Positions 16,272-24,310 of a stretch of 30,041 nucleotides of DNA are shown in pieces (the first letter of the stretch is position 1; each line of letters starts with the position of its first letter). Below the pieces are notes generated by a model. The model was not told where the DNA came from. It saw nothing but the letters and a program-made list of their open reading frames with translations, and did no database searches. The translations under genes and the position numbers were made by a program. This DNA is from Woeseia sp. (GTDB lineage Bacteria; Pseudomonadota; Gammaproteobacteria; Steroidobacterales; Woeseiaceae), in the NCBI GenBank assembly GCA_046760025.1, contig JBHIDG010000001.1, positions 1-30,041 of the forward strand, read 5' to 3'.

Positions 16272-16373
16272 TTGCCGCACAAAGCTGCGATAAGTCCAGT
16301 CCAACAAGGCATTCAGACGTGCCACGGGCACCGGCATGGCAATACACCGGCGTAATGTGGCAAATTGTGGCAA
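16272..16373. promoter_or_regulatory. Candidate PdsR operator: phased TGYGGCAA repeats in the divergent promoter
   Basis: TGTGGCAA at 16356..16363 and 16366..16373, TGGCAA at 16337..16342, TGCGGCAA on the minus strand at 16279..16272. Confidence 0.4.
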
Positions 16374-17065
16374 TGTCCAAACGAATAGCGATTGTCGAAG
16401 ACGAGGCCGCAATTCGTGAGAATTATGCAGCAGCATTCAGGCGCGAAGGCTATGCAGTCGAGTTGTACGACGCCCGCCGGCCCGCAATGCAGGCGTTCGA
16501 AGCGCGGCTGCCGGATCTCGTCGTCATCGATGTTAATCTGAAGGATGAGGTCGAGGGCGGTTTCGACCTGTGCCGCGATCTCCGCAGTCTTGCCAGCGAT
16601 TTGCCGATAATCTTTCTGACGGCCAGGGACAGTGAATTCGACGCCGTCTCGGGGTTGCGGCTGGGAGCCGATGACTATCTGACCAAGGACATCAGCCTTC
16701 CCCACCTGATGGCGAGAGTCGCGGCCCTGTTTCGGCGATTGGACGCGATGCAGAAACCGCAGGGCATAGAGTCCCGGCTGACGCGTGGTGATCTCGAGCT
16801 GGACATCGAGCGCATGACGGTGCGATGGCAGGATCAGCCCGTCGCATTGACGTTGACGGAATTCTGGATGGTTCACGCACTCGCCCGCTACCCGGGTCAC
16901 GTGAAGAACCGGCAGCAGCTGATGGACGCAGCGCAGGCGGTGCTCGATGACAATACGATCACCTCACATATAAAGAGAATACGACGCAAGTTCGTCGCTA
17001 TCGATCCGGAATTCTCAGGGATAGAAACCGTTTACGGAATGGGGTATCGCTGGCTTAGCGATTGA
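16373..17065 (+). CDS. pdsR: OmpR-family response regulator of the proteobacterial dedicated sortase system
   Basis: MSKRIAIVEDEAAIRENY, phosphoacceptor D53, FLTARDS, winged helix LTLTEFWMVHALARYPGHVK...TITSHIKRIRRKF; divergent from the sortase target. Confidence 0.88.
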   Translation: MSKRIAIVEDEAAIRENYAAAFRREGYAVELYDARRPAMQAFEARLPDLVVIDVNLKDEVEGGFDLCRDLRSLASDLPIIFLTARDSEFDAVSGLRLGADDYLTKDISLPHLMARVAALFRRLDAMQKPQGIESRLTRGDLELDIERMTVRWQDQPVALTLTEFWMVHALARYPGHVKNRQQLMDAAQAVLDDNTITSHIKRIRRKFVAIDPEFSGIETVYGMGYRWLSD

Positions 17066-17074
17066 CCACCCGAA

Positions 17075-19117
17075 ATGAACCTTCGACGCCAGTTGCTGTT
17101 GGTTAGTCTGCTGACCCTGGTGCTGCCGTGGGCGGGTTGTCAGTTTATCCGTGAGACCGAGTCCGCTCTCAGGGAGGGCCAGCAACAGATGCTGGCCGGC
17201 ACGGCGTTGGCGATCACCGATTCACTTGCACAGTTTCCCGACGAATTTTCGGTCGATGCGCCTGCCGATCAATTCGGCGAGTACCAGGTATATGGCCACC
17301 CGCTCTCGTCGGCGCCGGTGATCGACGGTTACTTCGACGACTGGCCGATCGAGCCCGAGTCAGCCAGGACGCTGCGCGGGGTCGACGGACCCATCCGTTT
17401 CGCCATCGGCATTCACGCGCAGCATGCTTACCTTTTTGTCGACGTGCCGGACGATGACATCGTTTACGCCGGCCCCGGTGCGAACGTCGTTACCGAAAAC
17501 ATCTATTCCGACCGCGTCATACTCGTTTCAGCCAGCGAATCAGCGATAACTTCACGGTTAGACTTCGCGGCCGAGGCACCGGGATCCCTGGTTGCGATAA
17601 ACAGGGCAGGCGATCAGCGGTTCGCCGAGCCGAGAATCCACGCGCACTGGCAGGATACGCCGACCGGTTATCGGCTGGAAGCCCGCCTGCCGAGGCACTT
17701 GCTCGATTCTCGACTGGGTATAGTCGTCACGAACACCAGCCGTTCGGACGATCCGGGGATTCGCAGCTCGAGTTTCAGCGGCCCGTTGCCGGGACGCCTG
17801 ATAAGCAGCTCTGCGCTCCTGCAGAGCGTCGTCACCGGTTACGCACAGCCGGGCCTGAGACTCATCGTGACCGATCGGACCGGCTGGCGGCTGGCACGCG
17901 CCGGCGGCATTTCGCTTCCCCGAAGCGACGGCGGGGCAACCAAGAGAACGTCGCGCTGGATGCGCATCGCGTATAACAGCTTGTTGGAGCCGGGTAAAGA
18001 GGCGTTGCTGGCAGAGCCGCATCCCTCGGGGCGTGAGCAGCAAAATTATGTCGCCCGCGCGCTGCACGGATCAGCGGCGACAAGCTGGTTTCGCAGCAGC
18101 AGCGACGGCCGCGCCGTAGTCGCCGTGGCGCAACCGGTCTGGTTCGGAAACGTACAGACGGGCGCCGTCATCCTGCAGCAGGGCACCGATGCAATTCTCA
18201 GTCTTACCAATCGGGCATTGACGAGGCTGATGAACTTTACGCTGATCGCGACGCTCGGGGCGGCGGGTGTTCTTCTCGGCTACTCGAGCTGGTTGTCCTT
18301 GAGGATTCGGCGCCTGAGCAGCGCAGCCGAGGCCGCCCTTGACGAGGACAGGGTGAAGACAGACCTCCCGAGCGTGCTGGCGAATGATGAAATCGGGGAC
18401 CTCTCACGCAGTTTTGCCGACGTGCTTCAACAGCTCGGCGACTACAACGAGTATCTCCGCTCACTGGCGGCCAGGTTGTCACATGAGCTGAGGACGCCGC
18501 TGACTATCGTCACCTCATCGCTCGAGAATCTCGAGCACGAACCGCTGACGGAGGAAGCCGCCAATTACACAGCACGCGCGAAGGACGGTACCACGCGTCT
18601 GCAGAAGATCCTGAACGCGATGAGTGAGGCGAGCAAGGTCGAAGAACTCATGGCAAATGTGGAACTCGAACGATTCAATCTGCATGATGCGCTCAGGGCC
18701 ACCGTTGCCGCCTATGCCGACGCGTATCCGGAGAGGCGATTCTCTTTTGCATCAGACGCCGACGATGTCTGTATCGAAGGCGCACCGGAACTGATAATTC
18801 AGATGCTCGACAAGCTGGCCGAAAACGCCGTTGAATTCAGCGCTGCCGGCGATCAGATCGACATATCGCTGTCGCCGGACACCAAAGGCGCGATCGTGGC
18901 CGTGTCGAACCCGGGTCCACGGCTGCCTGAGAAAATGCGCACCCAACTGTTCGACTCGATGGTGTCGGTCAGACCCGATCACGCGGACAAGCATCTGGGC
19001 CTGGGCCTGTACATCGCCCGAATGATAGCCGAGGGCCACCAGGGCACCATCAGCGCTGATAACATTGAGGGCGGGGTCGCGTTTCAGGTACGACTGCCCG
19101 CCGCAAGTGCTAATTGA
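17075..19117 (+). CDS. pdsS: Sensor histidine kinase of the proteobacterial dedicated sortase system
   Basis: N-terminal TM LRRQLLLVSLLTLVLPWAG, large periplasmic region, second TM, HAMP (DEIGDL), H-box SHELRTPL (H470), N-box LAENAVEF, G-box HLGLGLYI. Confidence 0.88.
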   Translation: MNLRRQLLLVSLLTLVLPWAGCQFIRETESALREGQQQMLAGTALAITDSLAQFPDEFSVDAPADQFGEYQVYGHPLSSAPVIDGYFDDWPIEPESARTLRGVDGPIRFAIGIHAQHAYLFVDVPDDDIVYAGPGANVVTENIYSDRVILVSASESAITSRLDFAAEAPGSLVAINRAGDQRFAEPRIHAHWQDTPTGYRLEARLPRHLLDSRLGIVVTNTSRSDDPGIRSSSFSGPLPGRLISSSALLQSVVTGYAQPGLRLIVTDRTGWRLARAGGISLPRSDGGATKRTSRWMRIAYNSLLEPGKEALLAEPHPSGREQQNYVARALHGSAATSWFRSSSDGRAVVAVAQPVWFGNVQTGAVILQQGTDAILSLTNRALTRLMNFTLIATLGAAGVLLGYSSWLSLRIRRLSSAAEAALDEDRVKTDLPSVLANDEIGDLSRSFADVLQQLGDYNEYLRSLAARLSHELRTPLTIVTSSLENLEHEPLTEEAANYTARAKDGTTRLQKILNAMSEASKVEELMANVELERFNLHDALRATVAAYADAYPERRFSFASDADDVCIEGAPELIIQMLDKLAENAVEFSAAGDQIDISLSPDTKGAIVAVSNPGPRLPEKMRTQLFDSMVSVRPDHADKHLGLGLYIARMIAEGHQGTISADNIEGGVAFQVRLPAASAN

Positions 19118-19133
19118 TCATTCGGAGGTCTGA

Positions 19134-19769
19134 GTGACTCTACTCGACGGCAAAGTGGCGCTCGTGACCCGTGCATCGGGCGCAATAGGGCGCGCGATCG
19201 CCGTCAAACTGGCGTCGCGCGGCGCGGCCATTGCGGCCCGCTATGGCAGCAACGTCGCAGCCGTTACCGAAACGGCCCGGTTAGTCGACGCCGCCGGCAG
19301 CAATGTGGAGATTTTCAAGGCCGACATGGCCGACGCCGCGCAGATCAGGGCTATGTTTGCCGTGATCGACGGCGCCTACGGCCGGCTCGACATACTTATT
19401 AATAACGCCGGCGTAGGCATTCAAAGAAACATCTGCGACATCTCCGAAGAAGACTTCGAGAAAACCTTCGCAATAAACACGAAGGGCTATCTTTTCTGCA
19501 TGCAGGAAGCAGGCAAGAGAATCGGCGAGGGTGGCCGTATCATCAACATATCGTCGGTCCTCGCACAACTCAGCCGCCCCGGGCCGGTCGAACCGGGAAT
19601 GTTTCAGGACACATCGGAGACCATCAGGGAGCGCGCCCGCGCACTGTCTCCCTTCAATCGGGTCGGCGCGCCGGAGGACATCGCCGACATCGTCGCTTTC
19701 CTGGCCTAGGACGAGGCCCGCTGGATTACCGGGCAGGACATCGTGGCCGCCGGCGGCGCGGTCGGCTAG
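19134..19769 (+). pseudogene. Degraded short-chain dehydrogenase/reductase (SDR)
   Basis: GKVALVT, LDILINNAG, GRIINISS present. NAD motif altered (TRASGAIG), YxxxK segment missing (LSR-PG-PVE junction), in-frame TAG at 19707..19709 followed by the expected tail DEARWITGQDIVAAGG to TAG 19767..19769. Confidence 0.85.
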
Positions 19770-19787
19770 TCTGCGTATTGCTCCAGT

Positions 19788-20279
19788 TCATTCGCCGAGG
19801 ACGCGGGCAGCCAGCAACTCAATGCTTCCGCTGCTGGAAAACTCGAGCGGCTTCGCATAGGGAATGTCGACCGTGAGGCTGCCGCTCAGTTCGTAATCCA
19901 TCTGGCGGCGTATGCCCGTTCGAATCAGCGTGGAGATAGCTGAAGTGGTCCGGAACAAATTCAATTCGGCGCTGATAGTAAATTCACCGTCGCCGTTCGA
20001 TGGCACAGTGAAGCCGCCTGGAGTTTCGCCACTGGCGAAGTGCTGATCGCCGAGCCGGACGCGATAGCGTACCGACCTGACCCGCAGTGGAAACGGATTC
20101 GGGTTGCTGACATCGAACCCGAGCAGGCAGGTCTGTCGGTCGAAGTCGATGTGCGGCATCTCGACGCTGGTAAGGGCTACAGAGGGCGTGCTTATCACTG
20201 CATCCATGCCGGCACAACCTGTGGTGGCGACAATGGCGACGAGTGATACGGCTTTCAGGCTGACTATTCGAGTATCCAT
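19788..20279 (-). CDS. LEA type 2 / WHy-domain putative lipoprotein
   Basis: Start MDTRIV (ATG 20279, GGAG RBS), hydrophobic stretch ending TTGC, hallmark V.NPNPFPL...Y, ASG motif. Confidence 0.82.
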   Translation of the reverse strand: MDTRIVSLKAVSLVAIVATTGCAGMDAVISTPSVALTSVEMPHIDFDRQTCLLGFDVSNPNPFPLRVRSVRYRVRLGDQHFASGETPGGFTVPSNGDGEFTISAELNLFRTTSAISTLIRTGIRRQMDYELSGSLTVDIPYAKPLEFSSSGSIELLAARVLGE

Positions 20280-20302
20280 GTCCACTCCCTGGCGAGCGAC
20301 GC

Positions 20303-20746
20303 TCAACGAAGCTCCTCTCCAAGCTCTCCCCAGCGGGCGCCGATCAGCATCCATTCGTCGTCGTCCTTGGCAAGCTCCAAGGCGAACCGGTATGCATCGG
20401 CATTGACTCCGAGCGCGCGAGTCGTCGTCCCGACGCCGGCGACCGTAAGCAGGATTTCTGCGGCCGTGCCACCACTCACCATCAGCTCGTCGATCCCGAA
20501 AACCAGTGCGACCGACTTCTGGCGCAGGAAATAGGCGCGCAGAATCTTGTTGATTGCGTCCCGGTCATTGCCCCTGGCGTCCTCATAGTTCTCCGAGACC
20601 ATGGCAATCAGCGCTCGACGGTCCAGGTCCCCGGCGGCGGCGGAGGCAGAAGCGACCCAGTCGCGCAGCTCCTCTTCGGGTCCGACGGAGGGACCTCCGC
20701 AGGCAGTCAACAATGCACATATCATGCAAAAGGGAATCAAACGCAT
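20303..20746 (-). CDS. Hypothetical lipoprotein, probable NTF2/SnoaL-like fold
   Basis: Lipobox LTAC; helix-then-beta pattern with SENYED and a C-terminal DDEWMLIGARW strand. Fold is inferred. Confidence 0.7.
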   Translation of the reverse strand: MRLIPFCMICALLTACGGPSVGPEEELRDWVASASAAAGDLDRRALIAMVSENYEDARGNDRDAINKILRAYFLRQKSVALVFGIDELMVSGGTAAEILLTVAGVGTTTRALGVNADAYRFALELAKDDDEWMLIGARWGELGEELR

Positions 20747-20844
20747 AGAGCCCGCCCCTCTTTAGTGCTAAAACACACTATGGGCGGTTGGACTTGCCCT
20801 GTTCTGTGACGTAGTTCTCAGATCGGGCCTGATCGGATATCGAT

Positions 20845-21507
20845 ATGGCAGTCAAATTACTCAGCGAAAGTGCGGATGCGACGATCACCGACGACGACCA
20901 GCTTCGCATCGATGCGATTCTATCATTCTGGTTCATGGAGGCCGAACTCGGTGCGCCGCAGATCGACGGCCGCATGGATATCTGGTTTGGCGAGGATCCC
21001 GTATTCGATCACGAGATTGCAAAACAGTTCGCAGGAGATGTCGACAAGGCATCGGCTGGCAATCTCGACCACTGGGCGCACGAACCACGGGGTCGGCTGG
21101 CCCTGATCCTGCTGCTCGATCAGTTCCGGCGGAATATATATCGCAATACACCCGAAGCTTTCGAGAAAGACAGGGCCGCCCTGAAACTCTGCGTCGAAGG
21201 GGCCATGGAGAAGAAAGACAAGGGCCTGGCCCCCATACAGAAGGTTTTCTTTTACATGCCCCTTCAGCACGCCGAGTCCCGCAAGGTACAGGCTAAATCC
21301 CGTGAGCTCTACAAGCGCCTTGCGAAGGCAGTATCACCGACCTACAAAGAAACCTTCGAGACCATTGCCCAGTTTGCCGATCTCCACGCCGATATCGTCG
21401 AGCGCTTCGGCCGGTTTCCCCACCGAAACAAAGTACTGGATCGCGAGAACAGTCCTGAGGAAGAGGAATACCTTTCGGGCGACAGCCCTGATTTCGGCCA
21501 GGGCTAA
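20845..21507 (+). CDS. DUF924 family protein
   Basis: ILSFWF, WF..D..FD..I...F, LALILLLDQFRRNIYR, FFYMPLQHAES, IVERFGRFPHRN..L.R. Confidence 0.9.
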   Translation: MAVKLLSESADATITDDDQLRIDAILSFWFMEAELGAPQIDGRMDIWFGEDPVFDHEIAKQFAGDVDKASAGNLDHWAHEPRGRLALILLLDQFRRNIYRNTPEAFEKDRAALKLCVEGAMEKKDKGLAPIQKVFFYMPLQHAESRKVQAKSRELYKRLAKAVSPTYKETFETIAQFADLHADIVERFGRFPHRNKVLDRENSPEEEEYLSGDSPDFGQG

Positions 21508-21552
21508 TTCAGGGAACAGGAACGGATCCCAGGGGGTCTGTCCCCAATTTAG
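21505..21552. repeat. Degenerate REP-like element related to family B
   Basis: GGGGTCTGTCCCC mini-hairpin (21533..21545) containing the family-B core CTGTCCCC; GGGAACAG (21512..21519) pairs 7/8 with it. Lies between convergent DUF924 and MATE stops. Confidence 0.5.
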
Positions 21553-22904
21553 CCCGGAGGTTGCCGAGATACCCACAAAAACCGAATCGTCAACAGCAGC
21601 GCCGCGACCGACAGGCCCAGTACGAAACCTCCCCAGGTATAGTGAGGCTCGAGTCGGTAGGTGATAGTCGCCAGATAGGCGAGCGGAAACGCGAGAAACC
21701 AGTACGAGAATATGTTGATGAACATGGGCACCCGCGTATCCTTGTAACCGCGCAGCACCCCCGCCGCGCCGATTTGTACACCGTCTCCGACCTGAAATAT
21801 CGCAGCCATTAGCAGTAGGCTGACGGCGATCGCCTGAACCGCCGCGTCGTTGGTATAGAGTTTCACGACGATGTCTCTGAACACCAGCAGCAACAGCGCC
21901 GTGCAGCTCATGAAGACCGCGCACATCAGAATGCCGGTCGTTCCGCCGAAACGGGCTGCTGCCGGGTTCCCGGAACCCAGGGCGTGACCGACGCGAATCG
22001 TTGCCGCCGAGCTCAGCGCGAGTGGAATCATGAACATCGTTGCCGCGAAATTGATCGCAATTTGGTGGGCCGCGGTGATGTTGGCACCGCGCGTACCCAT
22101 GAGGATAGAGACCGCCGAAAAAAGGCCGGCTTCAGCCGTAATCGTCATCGCGATGGGAATGCCGAGCGCGAAAATCTCCCTGATGATCTCGAGTCGTACC
22201 GGCGCCACGCGGACGAATATCTGCAACGGCCGATACGCAGGATCAAGGTATATCCAGGAACCAAGCACGATCATGCCGAGCCACATCGAGATTGCGCTCG
22301 CGAGACCGCAACCGACGGCGCCGAGCGCGGGTGCACCGAAGTGGCCAAACATCAAAACGTAATTCAGGAACACGTTGCACGCCAGCGCGAAAACGGTCGT
22401 GTACATGATCGGCCGCGTATAGCCGATGCCTTCGGTCGTAAACCGGAAAGCGAGGAAGGCACAGATTGCAGGCGCACCGAACATGATCGCCCGAATGTAG
22501 CCAACGGTCAGATCGCGGAACTCGGTCGCGATCCCCACGAAGCGCATGGCCGGCTCGACCAGTATCTGGGCCACGACCAGGATGGATATGCCGAGCCCTG
22601 CGGCTATCCAGAGCCCCTGACGAGTGTATCGCCCGATCAGCGACGGATTGCCGGCGCCGAAATGCCGGGCCGCGATCGGCGAGATCGCCATCATCAGGCC
22701 GAGCATGACGGTAAAGCCCAGAAACCAGACACTGCCCCCGACTGCGACGGCCGCTAGCGCCTCCGCCCCAAGACGACCGGCCATCACTGCATCCGAGAAG
22801 TGCATACCTGCAATCGCAAGGTTATTAATGATCAGCGGACCGGCCAGGCGCAACAGCACCGAGGCTTCGTGACACCGGCTTTTGGTCGATGTAAAGGTTG
22901 TCAT
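21549..22904 (-). CDS. MATE family efflux transporter, NorM/MdtK-like
   Basis: LRLAGPLI...D.VMAGRLGAEALAAVAVG, LGIPIA...EAGLF, AAHQIAINF, GVLRGYKDTR.PM. Confidence 0.9.
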   Translation of the reverse strand: MTTFTSTKSRCHEASVLLRLAGPLIINNLAIAGMHFSDAVMAGRLGAEALAAVAVGGSVWFLGFTVMLGLMMAISPIAARHFGAGNPSLIGRYTRQGLWIAAGLGISILVVAQILVEPAMRFVGIATEFRDLTVGYIRAIMFGAPAICAFLAFRFTTEGIGYTRPIMYTTVFALACNVFLNYVLMFGHFGAPALGAVGCGLASAISMWLGMIVLGSWIYLDPAYRPLQIFVRVAPVRLEIIREIFALGIPIAMTITAEAGLFSAVSILMGTRGANITAAHQIAINFAATMFMIPLALSSAATIRVGHALGSGNPAAARFGGTTGILMCAVFMSCTALLLLVFRDIVVKLYTNDAAVQAIAVSLLLMAAIFQVGDGVQIGAAGVLRGYKDTRVPMFINIFSYWFLAFPLAYLATITYRLEPHYTWGGFVLGLSVAALLLTIRFLWVSRQPPG

Positions 22905-23013
22905 TCTTCTCTTTCTGGTTTCATGTACGACTGTAGCACGCGGTGCTTATGTTCAATGGCGGCAATAGTGTAAAGTTGCGCACGGCTCACTCTTTTGAAC
23001 GTCGGAGGCAGGC

Positions 23014-24300
23014 ATGTTGCACGATGGACAATCCATTCGAGTGGCGGTGGTCGGGGGATTGAGGATTCCGTTCTGTCGGGCCCACAGTGTTTACAGAGGC
23101 TCGAGCAACCATGACATGATGACGGCCACCTTGCGGGCGCTGGTCGACAAATACAGCCTGAAGCACCAGACATTCGGCGATGTCGCGCTCGGCGCGGTGA
23201 TCAAGCACTCCAGGGACTGGAATCTCGCCAGGGAGTCGGTCATCGGTTCCGGCCTGTCTTTGAAAACGCCGGCTTTCGATCTGCAGCGCGCCTGCGGCAC
23301 CAGTATCGAGGCCTGCATTCACATAGCGAACAAGATTTCCCTCGGTCAGATCGAGGCCGGTATTGCCGGCGGCACGGATTCGATAAGCGACGCGCCGATC
23401 GTATTCAGGGAAGGGCTGCGCCGGATCCTGCACGACAGTCATGGCGGTGGTTCCATATTGAAAAAGATTGCGCCCTGGTTCCGGCTACGTCCGACGTATC
23501 TCCTGCCCGAGTTCCCCGGCGTCACCGAGCCGCGGACGGGTCTGTCGATGGGCGAGAGCATGGAGATTACGGCGAAAGAGTGGGAAGTGGCCCGAGAGCA
23601 TCAGGACCAGCTCGCATTGACGAGCCATGTGAAAGCGGCAAATGCATACGAGGAAGGTTTTTACGATGATCTCGTCGTTCCTTACAAAGGCGCCGAAGAG
23701 GACAACAATATCCGCCGGAATACCAGCTACGAAAAACTCGCCGCGCTCAAACCGGTATTTGACAAGAGCAAAGACGGGACACTGACGGCGGGAAACAGTA
23801 CGCCGTTGACCGATGGTGCCGCCGCCGTGTTGCTGGCATCGGAAGCGTGGTCAAAGAAGAAGGCCCTGCCGATTGTTGCTTACATAACGTTTGTCAAAGT
23901 TGCTGCCGTCAACTTCATCAACGAGGACGGACTTCTCATGGCGCCGGTTTTCGCCGTGTCCGACATGTTGAAGAAGGCAAACCTTCGGCTGCAGGATTTC
24001 GACTATTACGAGATTCACGAGGCATTTGCCGCACAGACTATCGCTACGCTCAAAGCCTGGCAGTCTGAACAGTTTTGCCGAGCGCGGCTCGGTCGAAATG
24101 AACCGATGGGCCCGATCGACCTCGCCAAGCTGAACGTGAAAGGCGGCAGTATCGCAATCGGTCACCCGTTCGCTGCGACCGGCGCCCGTGTCATAGCAAC
24201 GATGGCCAAACTGTTGAACCAGAAAGGTTCGGGACGCGGCCTGGTATCCGTCTGCACCGCCGGCGGCATGGGAGTGACAGCAATCATGGAAGCGGCCTAG
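23014..24300 (+). CDS. Acetyl-CoA C-acyltransferase (FadI-like thiolase)
   Basis: QRACGTS (nucleophile Cys), TAGNSTPLTDGA, HEAFAAQ, GGSIAIGHPFAATG, CTAGGMG. Confidence 0.92.
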   Translation: MLHDGQSIRVAVVGGLRIPFCRAHSVYRGSSNHDMMTATLRALVDKYSLKHQTFGDVALGAVIKHSRDWNLARESVIGSGLSLKTPAFDLQRACGTSIEACIHIANKISLGQIEAGIAGGTDSISDAPIVFREGLRRILHDSHGGGSILKKIAPWFRLRPTYLLPEFPGVTEPRTGLSMGESMEITAKEWEVAREHQDQLALTSHVKAANAYEEGFYDDLVVPYKGAEEDNNIRRNTSYEKLAALKPVFDKSKDGTLTAGNSTPLTDGAAAVLLASEAWSKKKALPIVAYITFVKVAAVNFINEDGLLMAPVFAVSDMLKKANLRLQDFDYYEIHEAFAAQTIATLKAWQSEQFCRARLGRNEPMGPIDLAKLNVKGGSIAIGHPFAATGARVIATMAKLLNQKGSGRGLVSVCTAGGMGVTAIMEAA

Positions 24301-24310
24301 AGCCGGGAGC

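Noticed and set aside
19707-19709. Programmed TAG read-through (pyrrolysine) in the SDR
   Set aside because: The position corresponds to a conserved Ser (TCG to TAG), the gene has other lesions, and no pyl genes are visible.
20745-20773. Second CIRCE (TAGTGCTAA half-site)
   Set aside because: The right arm matches 8/9 but the left arm only 5/9 (ATAGAGCCC); more likely chance or an extended -10.
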